A stretch of DNA of 64,000 nucleotides, from contig CAVSGO010000006.1 of NCBI GenBank assembly GCA_963727525.1, positions 192,001 through 256,000 on the forward strand, given 5' to 3'. The position numbers were made by a program, and so were the translations under genes. Positions 10,463 through 18,927 of this stretch are shown piece by piece. The stretch comes from an uncultured bacterium (GTDB lineage Bacteria > Krumholzibacteriota > Krumholzibacteriia > LZORAL124-64-63). Within the stretch, counting starts at the first letter, position 1. Each line of letters starts with the position of its first letter. The notes beneath the pieces were generated by a model that worked only from the letters and a program-made list of their open reading frames with translations, was not told the DNA's origin and did not search any database.

Positions 10463-10897
10463 CTAGGGACGCGTGAAGTCACACAGCGGTGGTGACGTCG
10501 TTTCCTCGCGCAGCAAATCCTCGATGGACGATCCCGCGAACGCGATTTCCATGGCTTCGGCCGCCATGTCGAGGCGTCGGTGCAGCGGGCAAAGCGTCGT
10601 GCCGTGGCTCGTCAGACCCAGGGGGCAGCTGTGGATGCGGCGGATGGGATCCACCGCATTGACCACATCGAGCACCGAGATCTCCGCCGGCGGCCGGGCG
10701 ATGCGGAAACCGCCACCGCGCCCGGGGGCGGACGTCACCAGGCCGGCTCGGGCCAACTTCTGCAACACCTTCGCGAGATAGCCGGCCGGCACCTGGGATA
10801 CCCGGGCGATCTCAGGCGTGCCGTGGGGGGCGTCCGATGCCGAAGCCAGCCAGACCACGGCTCTCAGGGCATATTCGGCAGTTTGGGAGATCATCAT
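10463..10897 (-). CDS. Rrf2-family transcriptional regulator
   Basis: SQTAEYALRA, YLAKVLQKL, GRGGGF, C-terminal CPLG...CPLH. Confidence 0.9.
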   Translation of the reverse strand: MMISQTAEYALRAVVWLASASDAPHGTPEIARVSQVPAGYLAKVLQKLARAGLVTSAPGRGGGFRIARPPAEISVLDVVNAVDPIRRIHSCPLGLTSHGTTLCPLHRRLDMAAEAMEIAFAGSSIEDLLREETTSPPLCDFTRP

Positions 10898-10946
10898 CCG
10901 GAGGTCCCTTCTCTCGCGATCCTGCCTCACAAGATCCACAAAAAGG

Positions 10947-10962
10947 ACCTTGACGTCCAGGT
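10947..10962. promoter_or_regulatory. Putative Rrf2 operator 1 (ACCttGACGTCcaGGT)
   Basis: Near-palindrome matching operator 2 in the AT-rich divergent intergenic region. Confidence 0.55.
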
Positions 10963-10984
10963 TTAACTTGTGCAATTTATGTAA

Positions 10985-11000
10985 ACCAAGACGTCTTGGT
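10985..11000. promoter_or_regulatory. Putative Rrf2 operator 2 (ACCAAGACGTCTTGGT)
   Basis: Perfect 16-bp palindrome 34 bp upstream of the ric start. Confidence 0.6.
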
Positions 11001-11034
11001 ATCGTTAAAGCCTGGAAACGACAGGAGTGTTGTG

Positions 11035-11772
11035 ATGGCCATCGATCTCGAAACCAGCGTCGGCGACCTTGCCGGCAGCCTCCCAGCCCTGATTCCCGTG
11101 CTGGAATCACTCGGTATCGACTACTGCTGTGGCGGCCAGCGATCGCTGGTCGAGGCGTGCCGGTCCGCCAACCGCGATCCCCAGACAGTGCTGGCGGCGC
11201 TGGTCCGGGCCGAGCAGCCATCATCGGCGTCGTCCGTGGCTGCCACCGACTGGCGACAGGCGAGCCTCAACGCGCTCATCGATCACATCGTCGCTCGCCA
11301 CCATGAATATCTGCGCCAATCGCTGCCTCGTATCGGCGATCTCATGCAGACCGTCTTGAAAGCCCATGGCGCCAACCACCCGGATCTGGCCGGGGTGTCC
11401 GAGCAATTCCAGGCGTTGCGCGCCGAACTTGAGAACCATCTGCTCAAGGAGGAGGGCATCCTCTTCCCCATGATCCAGTCGATGGAGGTGACACGGAGTC
11501 TGGACGACGTCCATTGCGGCTCCGTTGCCAACCCCATCACGGTCATGGAGCACGAACACGACAACGCCGGAAACGCCCTGCGCAATCTGCGAGCCTGGAC
11601 CAACGAGTACCAGCCGCCCGCCGACGCTTGCCCCACCTATCGTGCGTTGCTCACGGACCTGGCCAACCTCGAGCAAGACCTCCACGAGCATATCCACATG
11701 GAGAACAATCTTCTGCACCCCCGCGCCGTGGCCCTGGAAGCCCGGTTGCGCAACACTGCCGCAGGCGATTGA
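11035..11772 (+). CDS. ric: Iron-sulfur cluster repair di-iron protein (Ric/YtfE/ScdA)
   Basis: DYCCGG, HHEYLR, HLLKEEGILFP, HIHMENN hemerythrin motifs. Confidence 0.95.
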   Translation: MAIDLETSVGDLAGSLPALIPVLESLGIDYCCGGQRSLVEACRSANRDPQTVLAALVRAEQPSSASSVAATDWRQASLNALIDHIVARHHEYLRQSLPRIGDLMQTVLKAHGANHPDLAGVSEQFQALRAELENHLLKEEGILFPMIQSMEVTRSLDDVHCGSVANPITVMEHEHDNAGNALRNLRAWTNEYQPPADACPTYRALLTDLANLEQDLHEHIHMENNLLHPRAVALEARLRNTAAGD

Positions 11773-11783
11773 AAGGTCGAACC

Positions 11784-14072
11784 ATGAACAATCGCAAACT
11801 CTGGGGTACGTTCGTTGCCGTGATCGTGATCTCGTTTTCCGTGCTCGGATACTTCGGTCACGAGATCTATCGCCAGGCGCCTCCCATTCCCGACCGCGTC
11901 GTCGCCGCGTCGGGCGAGGTGCTCTTCACCGGTCAGCAGATCCACGACGGTCAGAATGTCTGGCAGTCCACCGGCGGCCATGAGCTGGGTTCGGTCTGGG
12001 GCCATGGGTCCTACGTCGCGCCGGACTGGTCGGCCGACTGGCTTCACCGGGAAGCCGAGCACCTGCTCGGACTGTGGAGCGATCGAGACTATCAGCGCCG
12101 TCCCGCAGCGATCAGCGCCGAGCAACTGGCTGGCCTGAAATCGCGCCTGCAGCAGGAGATGCGCACCAATACCTACGACCCGGCCACCAGGGTCTTGACC
12201 CTCGGCAATGACCGCGCCGCCTCGGTGCTGGCGATCGCCACCTACTACCGGCAGCTCTTCGGAGACGATCCGCAGCTGGCCCGGACCCGCGAGGCGTACG
12301 CCATGCAAACGCCCACGGTCAGTGGCCGCGAACGTCTCGACGACCTGACCGCGTTCTTCTTCTGGACCGCCTGGGCCTGTGTCACGGAACGGCCTGGGCA
12401 GGAGATCACCTACACCAACAACTGGCCGGCCGACGAGCTGGTGGGCAACCATCCGACAGGCAACCTCATCCTGTGGACCGGTTTTTCGGTGATCCTGTTG
12501 CTGGCGGGAGTGGCCTTGCTGGGATGGTACTACGCCACCAACCGTGATCAAGAACCGGACCCGTCGACGTTGCCGGCCAACGATCCGCTCACGGCGCTCG
12601 AGCCGACGCCGTCCATGCAGGCCACGCTCAAGTATTTCTGGGTGGTGTGCGCCCTGCTGGTCGTGCAGGTCGTGCTCGGTGCGGTAACCGCGCATTTCGG
12701 CGTGGAGGGTTCGGGCTTCTATGGCCTCGACCTCGGCCGCATCCTGCCATACAGCGTATCGCGCACCTGGCACGTGCAGCTTGGCATCTTCTGGATCGCC
12801 ACCTCGTGGCTGGCGACCGGGTTGTTCATCGGTCCGGCCGTGGCCGGCCAGGAGCCACGATTCCAGAGGCTCGGCGTCAACGTGCTGTTCGGCGCGCTGA
12901 TCGTCGTGGTGGGCGGCTCGCTCGTCGGCGAGTGGCTCGGCATCATGCAGAAGCTCGATCTGGTGCCCAACTTCTGGTTCGGTCATCAGGGTTACGAGTA
13001 TGTCGACCTGGGCCGGCTGTGGCAGATCTTGCTGCTGGTGGGACTGCTGCTGTGGTTGGTGTTGATGGTGCGCGCTCTGCTGCCGGCGTTGCGACGGCGA
13101 GACGAGAGCCGCTCGCTACTCACCCTGCTCGTGATCTCCTGCGTGGCCATTGCCGGCTTCTACGGCGCTGGCCTGATGTGGGGTCGCCAGACCAACCTGG
13201 CCATGGCCGAATACTGGCGCTGGTGGGTCGTGCACCTGTGGGTGGAAGGTTTCTTCGAGGTGTTCGCCACGGTGGTGATCGCCTTCCTGTTCGTGCGGCT
13301 GGGCCTCCTGCGAGTGAAACTGGCCACGGCCGCCGCGCTGTTCTCCACCAACGTGTTCCTTGCCGGCGGCATCATCGGCACCTTCCATCACCTGTATTTC
13401 ACCGGTACACCCACGGCCATCCTGGCCCTGGGGTCGACGTTCTCGGCGCTGGAAGTCGTGCCGCTGGTGCTGCTGGGCTTCGAGGTCTATCACAACCTGC
13501 GGCTGAGCAAGGCCACACCGTGGCTCACGGCTTACAAGTGGCCCATCTACTGCTTCGTGGCCGTGGCCTTCTGGAACCTGGTCGGTGCCGGCATCTTCGG
13601 TTTCCTCATCAATCCGCCCATCGCGCTGTACTACATGCAGGGCTTGAACACCACGCCAGTGCACGGTCACACGGCCCTGTTCGGTGTGTATGGCATGCTC
13701 GGCATCGGGCTCATGCTGTTCGTGCTCAAGGGCCTGGCCGCGCGCCGGATCTGGAAGGACGGCGTGATACGATTCGCGTTCTGGTCGATCAACGTCGGCC
13801 TCCTGCTCATGGTGCTGATCAGTGTCCTGCCGATCGGTCTGGCCCAGACGGTGGCCAGCGTGAACAAGGGTCTGTGGTATGCACGGTCGTCGGCGTTCAT
13901 GCAGCAAGACTATCTGCAAACCCTGCGCTGGCTGCGGGTGATCGGCGACACCATCTTCGCCGTGGGGGCGCTGGCGCTAGGCTACTTCGTGATGGGGCTG
14001 AAAACCGGCTGGTCGGTACGGCCCGAGCACGATCTGCCAGAGCGGGTGGCCGCGAAGGTGTTGGCCCGATGA
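11784..14072 (+). CDS. norB: Quinol-dependent nitric-oxide reductase (qNor)
   Basis: GSVWGHGSYVAPDW, VVHLWVEGFFE, GTFHHLY, HGHTA, RVIGD; 762 aa. Confidence 0.95.
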   Translation: MNNRKLWGTFVAVIVISFSVLGYFGHEIYRQAPPIPDRVVAASGEVLFTGQQIHDGQNVWQSTGGHELGSVWGHGSYVAPDWSADWLHREAEHLLGLWSDRDYQRRPAAISAEQLAGLKSRLQQEMRTNTYDPATRVLTLGNDRAASVLAIATYYRQLFGDDPQLARTREAYAMQTPTVSGRERLDDLTAFFFWTAWACVTERPGQEITYTNNWPADELVGNHPTGNLILWTGFSVILLLAGVALLGWYYATNRDQEPDPSTLPANDPLTALEPTPSMQATLKYFWVVCALLVVQVVLGAVTAHFGVEGSGFYGLDLGRILPYSVSRTWHVQLGIFWIATSWLATGLFIGPAVAGQEPRFQRLGVNVLFGALIVVVGGSLVGEWLGIMQKLDLVPNFWFGHQGYEYVDLGRLWQILLLVGLLLWLVLMVRALLPALRRRDESRSLLTLLVISCVAIAGFYGAGLMWGRQTNLAMAEYWRWWVVHLWVEGFFEVFATVVIAFLFVRLGLLRVKLATAAALFSTNVFLAGGIIGTFHHLYFTGTPTAILALGSTFSALEVVPLVLLGFEVYHNLRLSKATPWLTAYKWPIYCFVAVAFWNLVGAGIFGFLINPPIALYYMQGLNTTPVHGHTALFGVYGMLGIGLMLFVLKGLAARRIWKDGVIRFAFWSINVGLLLMVLISVLPIGLAQTVASVNKGLWYARSSAFMQQDYLQTLRWLRVIGDTIFAVGALALGYFVMGLKTGWSVRPEHDLPERVAAKVLAR

Positions 14073-14080
14073 GTTGATTC

Positions 14081-14112
14081 CAGGGGGCCCGCCGTTGGCG
14101 CCCCCTGATTTT
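14081..14112 (+). terminator. Intrinsic terminator after qNor
   Basis: CAGGGGGC...GCCCCCTG stem followed by ATTTT. Confidence 0.6.
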
Positions 14113-14162
14113 GGGCTCCAGATCCATCGAACCTTCTGGCATACTCGTGCCAGGAGGTTCCG

Positions 14163-14750
14163 ATGGGGAAGCCGCAGTTCACCGATCCGCGGTTCGTGGA
14201 TCGGCTGCGATCCGGTGACGCCGTAGCCATCGAGGCGGTGGTCCATGCCTATCTCCCGCAGATCCTGCGGGCGGCTCGCGGGGCCGGCCTGGATCTCGCG
14301 CGGGCTGAGGATGTCACGCAATCCGTCTTTCTGACCTTCATCCAGACTGTCGCGCGATTCGAGGGGCGGGCCCATGTACGGACGTGGTTGTTCGGTATCC
14401 TCTACCGGAAACTCTCGGAGACCTGGCGTGCCGTCAAGCGGGAGAACGAAGCGGACGATATCGACGGGATCATGGAGGAGCGGTTCGCGCCGAACGGAAC
14501 CTGGGCGCGTCCGCCCCGCGAGGCGGATCAGGAGACACTGGACGCGGAGATCCGGGCTCACCTCGCGGTCTGCCTCGATGGCGTTCCCCAGCGCCAGCGG
14601 GTGGCGTTCCTGATGCGGGAGGTCGAGTGTATGTCGACCGAGGAGATATGTAATGTCATGGAGGTTACCGACACCAACCTCGGGGTGCTCCTGTTCCGGG
14701 TCCGCAACCGCCTCCGCGAGTGTCTTGAGAAGCGGAACGTGAAGGGCTGA
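14163..14750 (+). CDS. ECF sigma-70 factor
   Basis: AEDVTQSVFL, FEGRAHVRTWL (region 2); EEICNVMEVT..NLGVLLFRVR (region 4). Confidence 0.9.
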   Translation: MGKPQFTDPRFVDRLRSGDAVAIEAVVHAYLPQILRAARGAGLDLARAEDVTQSVFLTFIQTVARFEGRAHVRTWLFGILYRKLSETWRAVKRENEADDIDGIMEERFAPNGTWARPPREADQETLDAEIRAHLAVCLDGVPQRQRVAFLMREVECMSTEEICNVMEVTDTNLGVLLFRVRNRLRECLEKRNVKG

Positions 14751-14754
14751 TACG

Positions 14755-15030
14755 ATGCTGAAATGCCACGAAGTTTCGCATCTGGCGGCGAGCGGTGGGA
14801 TCGCCCGGGCGGGGTTGCTCAAGCGACTCGAGTTTCGCCTGCACCTCATGATGTGCCGTCACTGCCGCAACTATGTCCGCCAGGTCGCGCGGATCGGCGC
14901 CGCGGCCGCGAAGCTCTTCGGCGCCGGGACCGAGGATGCCGACGCCGTGGCGCGCGTCGAGGCCAGGGTTCTCGCCTCGGTCCGCAAGCCCCCTCCCGAT
15001 CACGACGGTGGCGCCAGCCACTCCCACTAG
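14755..15030 (+). CDS. Zinc-binding anti-sigma factor (zf-HC2)
   Basis: C...HLMMCRHC motif, 4 bp downstream of the sigma gene. Confidence 0.85.
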   Translation: MLKCHEVSHLAASGGIARAGLLKRLEFRLHLMMCRHCRNYVRQVARIGAAAAKLFGAGTEDADAVARVEARVLASVRKPPPDHDGGASHSH

Positions 15031-15674
15031 CGCGCCGCTCGCGATTCGTTTGCGCTCCAGCGTCGGTAGACCAGTCCCAGGGCAGTGCCGTAGACGATGT
15101 GGGCCAGGATGACGGTGACCGGCATCGTGGGCATCTGCAGACCAAAGGCGCCGACGCCAAGCGACGTGGCGACAGGGCTGGCCAGGAACCCGATCCCGAT
15201 CATGACACCGTAGGCGACGGACCAGCGCAGACGGCGGCGTCCCAGCAGCACCGCAAAGATCAAGCCGAACATCCCGCCATTGGCGAAGTGATATGCCCAG
15301 CCCAGGACATCGGAGAGGTGTGACGGTCCGACCATGAAGCGGTTGGTGAGCAGGACGCCCATCAGACGCGGCATGTCGCCCGGCATGCCGCCGAGCCGGA
15401 AGCTCACGATCCGGACGATCTCCAGTCCGATCGTGGCCACCACACCGGCGGCTGCACCCACCAGCGTTCGCCTGACCAGAATCCGGTGTCCACGGTGGGC
15501 GGCAAGGACGACAACCCCGGCGAGCACGGCCAGCGCAGGCAACAAGAGGTTCAGGGCGAGCACGGACATGCTCGCGTAGCCCGCCTGTGCAGCGGGGAAG
15601 ATGTTGGGCGCGATCGCAGCCAGGGCCAGGATCGTCGCCGCAAAGGCGTTCTGTTCGTTGATGATGCGTCGCAT
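15027..15674 (-). CDS. Uncharacterised membrane protein with Met-rich loop and intramembrane His
   Basis: About 6 hydrophobic helices; GGMPGDMPRLMG, YHFANG, HIVYG; AGGAG RBS. Confidence 0.75.
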   Translation of the reverse strand: MRRIINEQNAFAATILALAAIAPNIFPAAQAGYASMSVLALNLLLPALAVLAGVVVLAAHRGHRILVRRTLVGAAAGVVATIGLEIVRIVSFRLGGMPGDMPRLMGVLLTNRFMVGPSHLSDVLGWAYHFANGGMFGLIFAVLLGRRRLRWSVAYGVMIGIGFLASPVATSLGVGAFGLQMPTMPVTVILAHIVYGTALGLVYRRWSANESRAAR

Positions 15675-15733
15675 GAGTCATTGTCTCCTCGCTCGAGATC
15701 CGGATGCTGAAATCGAATCGCGGTCAACGGTAG

Positions 15734-15760
15734 GTGTCGCCTCGCCGCGCTTCCTTACAC
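15734..15760 (-). promoter_or_regulatory. Putative ECF promoter GTGTAAGG-N13-CGACAC
   Basis: Same motif and spacing as the divergent copy at 15809-15835. Confidence 0.6.
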
Positions 15761-15808
15761 GGAGGTTGGCGCGCCCAACCCCGTCGGCGGTCGGTACCGA
15801 AAGATTGT

Positions 15809-15835
15809 GTGTAAGGGATGCCTCGCGTCCGTCAC
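15809..15835 (+). promoter_or_regulatory. Putative ECF promoter GTGTAAGG-N13-CGTCAC
   Basis: Same motif and spacing as the divergent copy at 15734-15760. Confidence 0.6.
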
Positions 15836-15904
15836 TCACAGGCCGAGAGCGAAATCGTCCGAACCCGGGCGACACAGGAAATTTGCAAACGATCGGAGCG
15901 AATC

Positions 15905-16387
15905 ATGAAGACGTCGAATACCCACCTGGTTCACGCTGGCCTGCTGGCCCTGGTCTTGACCCTGCCTTCACTGACTGCTGGCGCGGCACGGGCTACGGGC
16001 GCGGACGATCTGAGCCAGACCGTGGTGGCGGGTTCGGTAGAGCAGGTGCTGAGCGGCCTGAAGAAGATGGTCGCCGACCACGGGATGATGGTCATGGGCG
16101 AGTTGCACCAGGGCAAGGTGCTGGAGATGACCGGACTGAAGGTGACGTCCGAGTCGATCTTCGTCGGCAACCCTAACGTGGGGAAGAAGCTCTTCGCCAT
16201 CGAACCGGGCGCCGGGGTCGCCTTGCCCGTGCGCGTGAACATCTTCGAGAATGCCGCCGGGCAGACCGTCGTTGCCTACATCCCGCCATCCCGGCAACTC
16301 GCCGGCTATCACAACCCCATGCTGGACAAGGCTGCCGCCATGCTCGACGAGAAGCTGGCCGGTATGGTCGGCATGATCGGCAAGTAG
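15905..16387 (+). CDS. Secreted DUF302-domain protein
   Basis: Signal peptide; IFVGNP...GVALPVRVNIFE...VAYIPP pattern. Confidence 0.8.
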   Translation: MKTSNTHLVHAGLLALVLTLPSLTAGAARATGADDLSQTVVAGSVEQVLSGLKKMVADHGMMVMGELHQGKVLEMTGLKVTSESIFVGNPNVGKKLFAIEPGAGVALPVRVNIFENAAGQTVVAYIPPSRQLAGYHNPMLDKAAAMLDEKLAGMVGMIGK

Positions 16388-16435
16388 CAGTCTCCCGAAG
16401 TGCCCCACCAGGCCACGCAAGCAAAGGAGATAGTA

Positions 16436-18703
16436 ATGAAACGGACTTTGACCCTCCTCGTCGGCATCGGTCTGGTACTACTGGCCGCGTCCGCCTCGGC
16501 GCAGCTACGGATCACCGACACGTCGCACTACGTGACCGAGACGCAGATGCTCCTCGCCAACGAGATCAACGAGAGCGGCGAACCCTACGCCGAGGCCCTC
16601 GGCTACGATCTCGATGTGCTCGACCCCATGCAGCCGGGCTTTCCGGATGCGACGGCGTATACGCTCGGCATCGAGAACTACGAGTACTCGCGGTATCAGC
16701 TCGGCGTCGTGATCGCACGGTCGGGAATCGGCTTGCACATGATGTGGTCTCCCGTGATCCGGGCGCAGGCCGCCATGGAGACCGACCCCGGCTTTGACGG
16801 CTCGTTCACCGGTCCGCCGAACGGCTACCGCGAGGATGACGAACTGATGAAGGTGGTCATGCATTTCGGTCAGCTCGCGGACCACGTGCCGCCGACCAAT
16901 GCCTGGCCACAGTTCGGCGAGTTCGTCGAGGGTGATCCGCACTACGCCCAGCCCGTGGACGCCGACGCGTTCACCCACGACTTCGCCACCTTGCGCTGGG
17001 ACCGTTCCCGGATGATCAAGGAGCTCTCGCCGGGAGCCATGGGGCAGACGCTGATGAAACAGTATCTCTGGTCCCAGGACATGCTCAGCGCATTCCACGA
17101 CACCAACGGCGAGGCCGTCGAGGCCGACGGCAGTGTCAGCCCCGACGGCCCGGATGGGGTCTTCGACCCGGACAACGGGATCTTCTACGGGGGTGACGAT
17201 CTCGACGGTTTCGTGGGACAGGTCCTCACGGCCGAGGCCGTCAACAAGGTCAAGAACCTCGTGGACAACCTAGCCTTCGACGGCCGCAATCTCGGGTCGA
17301 TCGACCTCATGACCTACGATCCGGTGGCAGGCCTGCGCTACTTTCCCCATCGCATCGCGGTCGATGAGGAGCCGGTACCGGGGCTGCCGCCGCAGGCGGC
17401 GGACTACGACGTCGTCGATCCGCGCAGCGATCTCTTCGACCAGGCATCGTTGCTCTGGGGCGCCGTCCATTTTGCCGACATGATGAATCCGAACAACTCG
17501 AGCGATGCTGCGCACCTCGCCTACCATGCCGCGTTCGATGGCGATCCGTTTCCCGCAGCAATGAGCGAGACAGGTGTGCCGGGTCCCTTCGACCTCATGA
17601 AGGGCACTGCGAAAGCCGTGTTCCTGAACCTCATGGCGATGCACTTCGACGCCACCGCCGGATCGTTCGTCGACTTCAGCCGCCCCGTCGGGTTCGGCCG
17701 GTCTGATGACGGTGGCGACGATCACGACGACGACGGGATCGTTCGCCACGGCGTGCAGCTGGGCAGCCGCCTGTCCACGGTCGACGCAGCCTATCTTCTG
17801 GTCGCCCTCGATTCGTTCCTCGGTCAGTTCTCAAACACGCCGCTCGCAGCCGCGGCTCGGGACGCCATCGCAGCCCAGGCCGATTTCCTGATCGCGTCGG
17901 TGGACCACCGCAACCTGTATCGCGAGTGGGTGCGAGTCGGTGGCCACGACCGCGGCCAGCGCGGCGCCCCGAGCCTCCTGGCGCAGGCCGCGGCCGTCCG
18001 CGCACTCTACTCGGCCTATGACGCGCTCGGCGACGCCCGGTATCGCGACGCGGCGGACTCGGCCTACACGACCATGGTGGAGACCTACTTCCGCGGCGAC
18101 GCGGGCCTCTTCGCCACCGGTTTCGGCGGTCGCAAGGCGACCTACGATCCGCAGATCATGGCCATCCTCTCCGGTGCCTTGCGCGAAGCGCGCCTGGTGG
18201 GCGACCACGAGGATGCCACCGACATCTACGTGTCACTCTGGAACAACGTGGCGAACACGATGCAACTGGCAGAGGGCGCCAACACCGGCGAGACCGGCGG
18301 CGACTCCGATGGCGACGGCATTCCGTTCATTCCTGAGCAGGCTGAAGATCTGGCCCCCGTGTTCGCTCCGCGCGCGGAGGTCTGGCTCGGAAGCCTCGGC
18401 GGTGGTCACGACGGCGTATCCCCGGCCGGTGCGTCGGGAACCGGTACCGTCCCGATGCTCGCCACCCCCAATCCATTCAATCCCGTCACCGTGATTGCCT
18501 TCGATCTCCCGCAATCCGCGCACGTGACACTCGCCATATACGATGTCCTCGGTCGCGCCGTGCGCCATCTCATCGAGGGTGACCTGCCGTCCGGGGTCCA
18601 CGAGGTCACGTTCCTCGGAGATGACCTCTCATCGGGCGTCTACTATTACGTGCTCGACACGGGAGGGAATCGTCAGGTCGGCAAGATGACACTCGTGAAG
18701 TGA
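16436..18703 (+). CDS. Large uncharacterised secreted protein with C-terminal FlgD/T9SS-like sorting domain
   Basis: Signal peptide; PNPFNP...IYDVLGR...LSSGVYY...KMTLVK tail; AAGGAG RBS. Confidence 0.8.
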   Translation: MKRTLTLLVGIGLVLLAASASAQLRITDTSHYVTETQMLLANEINESGEPYAEALGYDLDVLDPMQPGFPDATAYTLGIENYEYSRYQLGVVIARSGIGLHMMWSPVIRAQAAMETDPGFDGSFTGPPNGYREDDELMKVVMHFGQLADHVPPTNAWPQFGEFVEGDPHYAQPVDADAFTHDFATLRWDRSRMIKELSPGAMGQTLMKQYLWSQDMLSAFHDTNGEAVEADGSVSPDGPDGVFDPDNGIFYGGDDLDGFVGQVLTAEAVNKVKNLVDNLAFDGRNLGSIDLMTYDPVAGLRYFPHRIAVDEEPVPGLPPQAADYDVVDPRSDLFDQASLLWGAVHFADMMNPNNSSDAAHLAYHAAFDGDPFPAAMSETGVPGPFDLMKGTAKAVFLNLMAMHFDATAGSFVDFSRPVGFGRSDDGGDDHDDDGIVRHGVQLGSRLSTVDAAYLLVALDSFLGQFSNTPLAAAARDAIAAQADFLIASVDHRNLYREWVRVGGHDRGQRGAPSLLAQAAAVRALYSAYDALGDARYRDAADSAYTTMVETYFRGDAGLFATGFGGRKATYDPQIMAILSGALREARLVGDHEDATDIYVSLWNNVANTMQLAEGANTGETGGDSDGDGIPFIPEQAEDLAPVFAPRAEVWLGSLGGGHDGVSPAGASGTGTVPMLATPNPFNPVTVIAFDLPQSAHVTLAIYDVLGRAVRHLIEGDLPSGVHEVTFLGDDLSSGVYYYVLDTGGNRQVGKMTLVK

Positions 18704-18720
18704 TATGTCACTTCGCGCCC

Positions 18721-18748
18721 GGGCCGGGAACGACGCAGTTCCCGGCCC
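18721..18748 (+). terminator. Hairpin after the DUF302 operon
   Basis: GGGCCGGGAAC-N6-GTTCCCGGCCC perfect 11-bp stem with a weak U-tract. Confidence 0.45.
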
Positions 18749-18927
18749 CGTTCGCCGCTGTCAAGAAGCCAATCAGGGAGTGAATGGATACAGTTGATCG
18801 CCGACGGGCCTGGGTCTTGCTTGAACCCCGTCGCGACACGTGAGGGGCGCGCCCACCAGGGTGCGCGTGGCGCCGGGTGTGCCAGGTGACCCAATGGGGT
18901 CGTCCGATAATCAGCCAGGAGCGATCG

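Noticed and set aside
11514-11783. Extended N-termini in the ORF track (qNor 11514, homoaconitase 42855, ptb 28031, anti-sigma 21381, pta-buk 26199, Rrf2 11224)
   Set aside because: They overlap upstream genes or promoters; downstream starts with an RBS and family-typical N-termini were chosen
11784-14072. Possibility that the qNor is a NO dismutase
   Set aside because: Canonical metal ligands (HLWVEGFFE, FHH, HGH) and quinol-site His/Asp are retained
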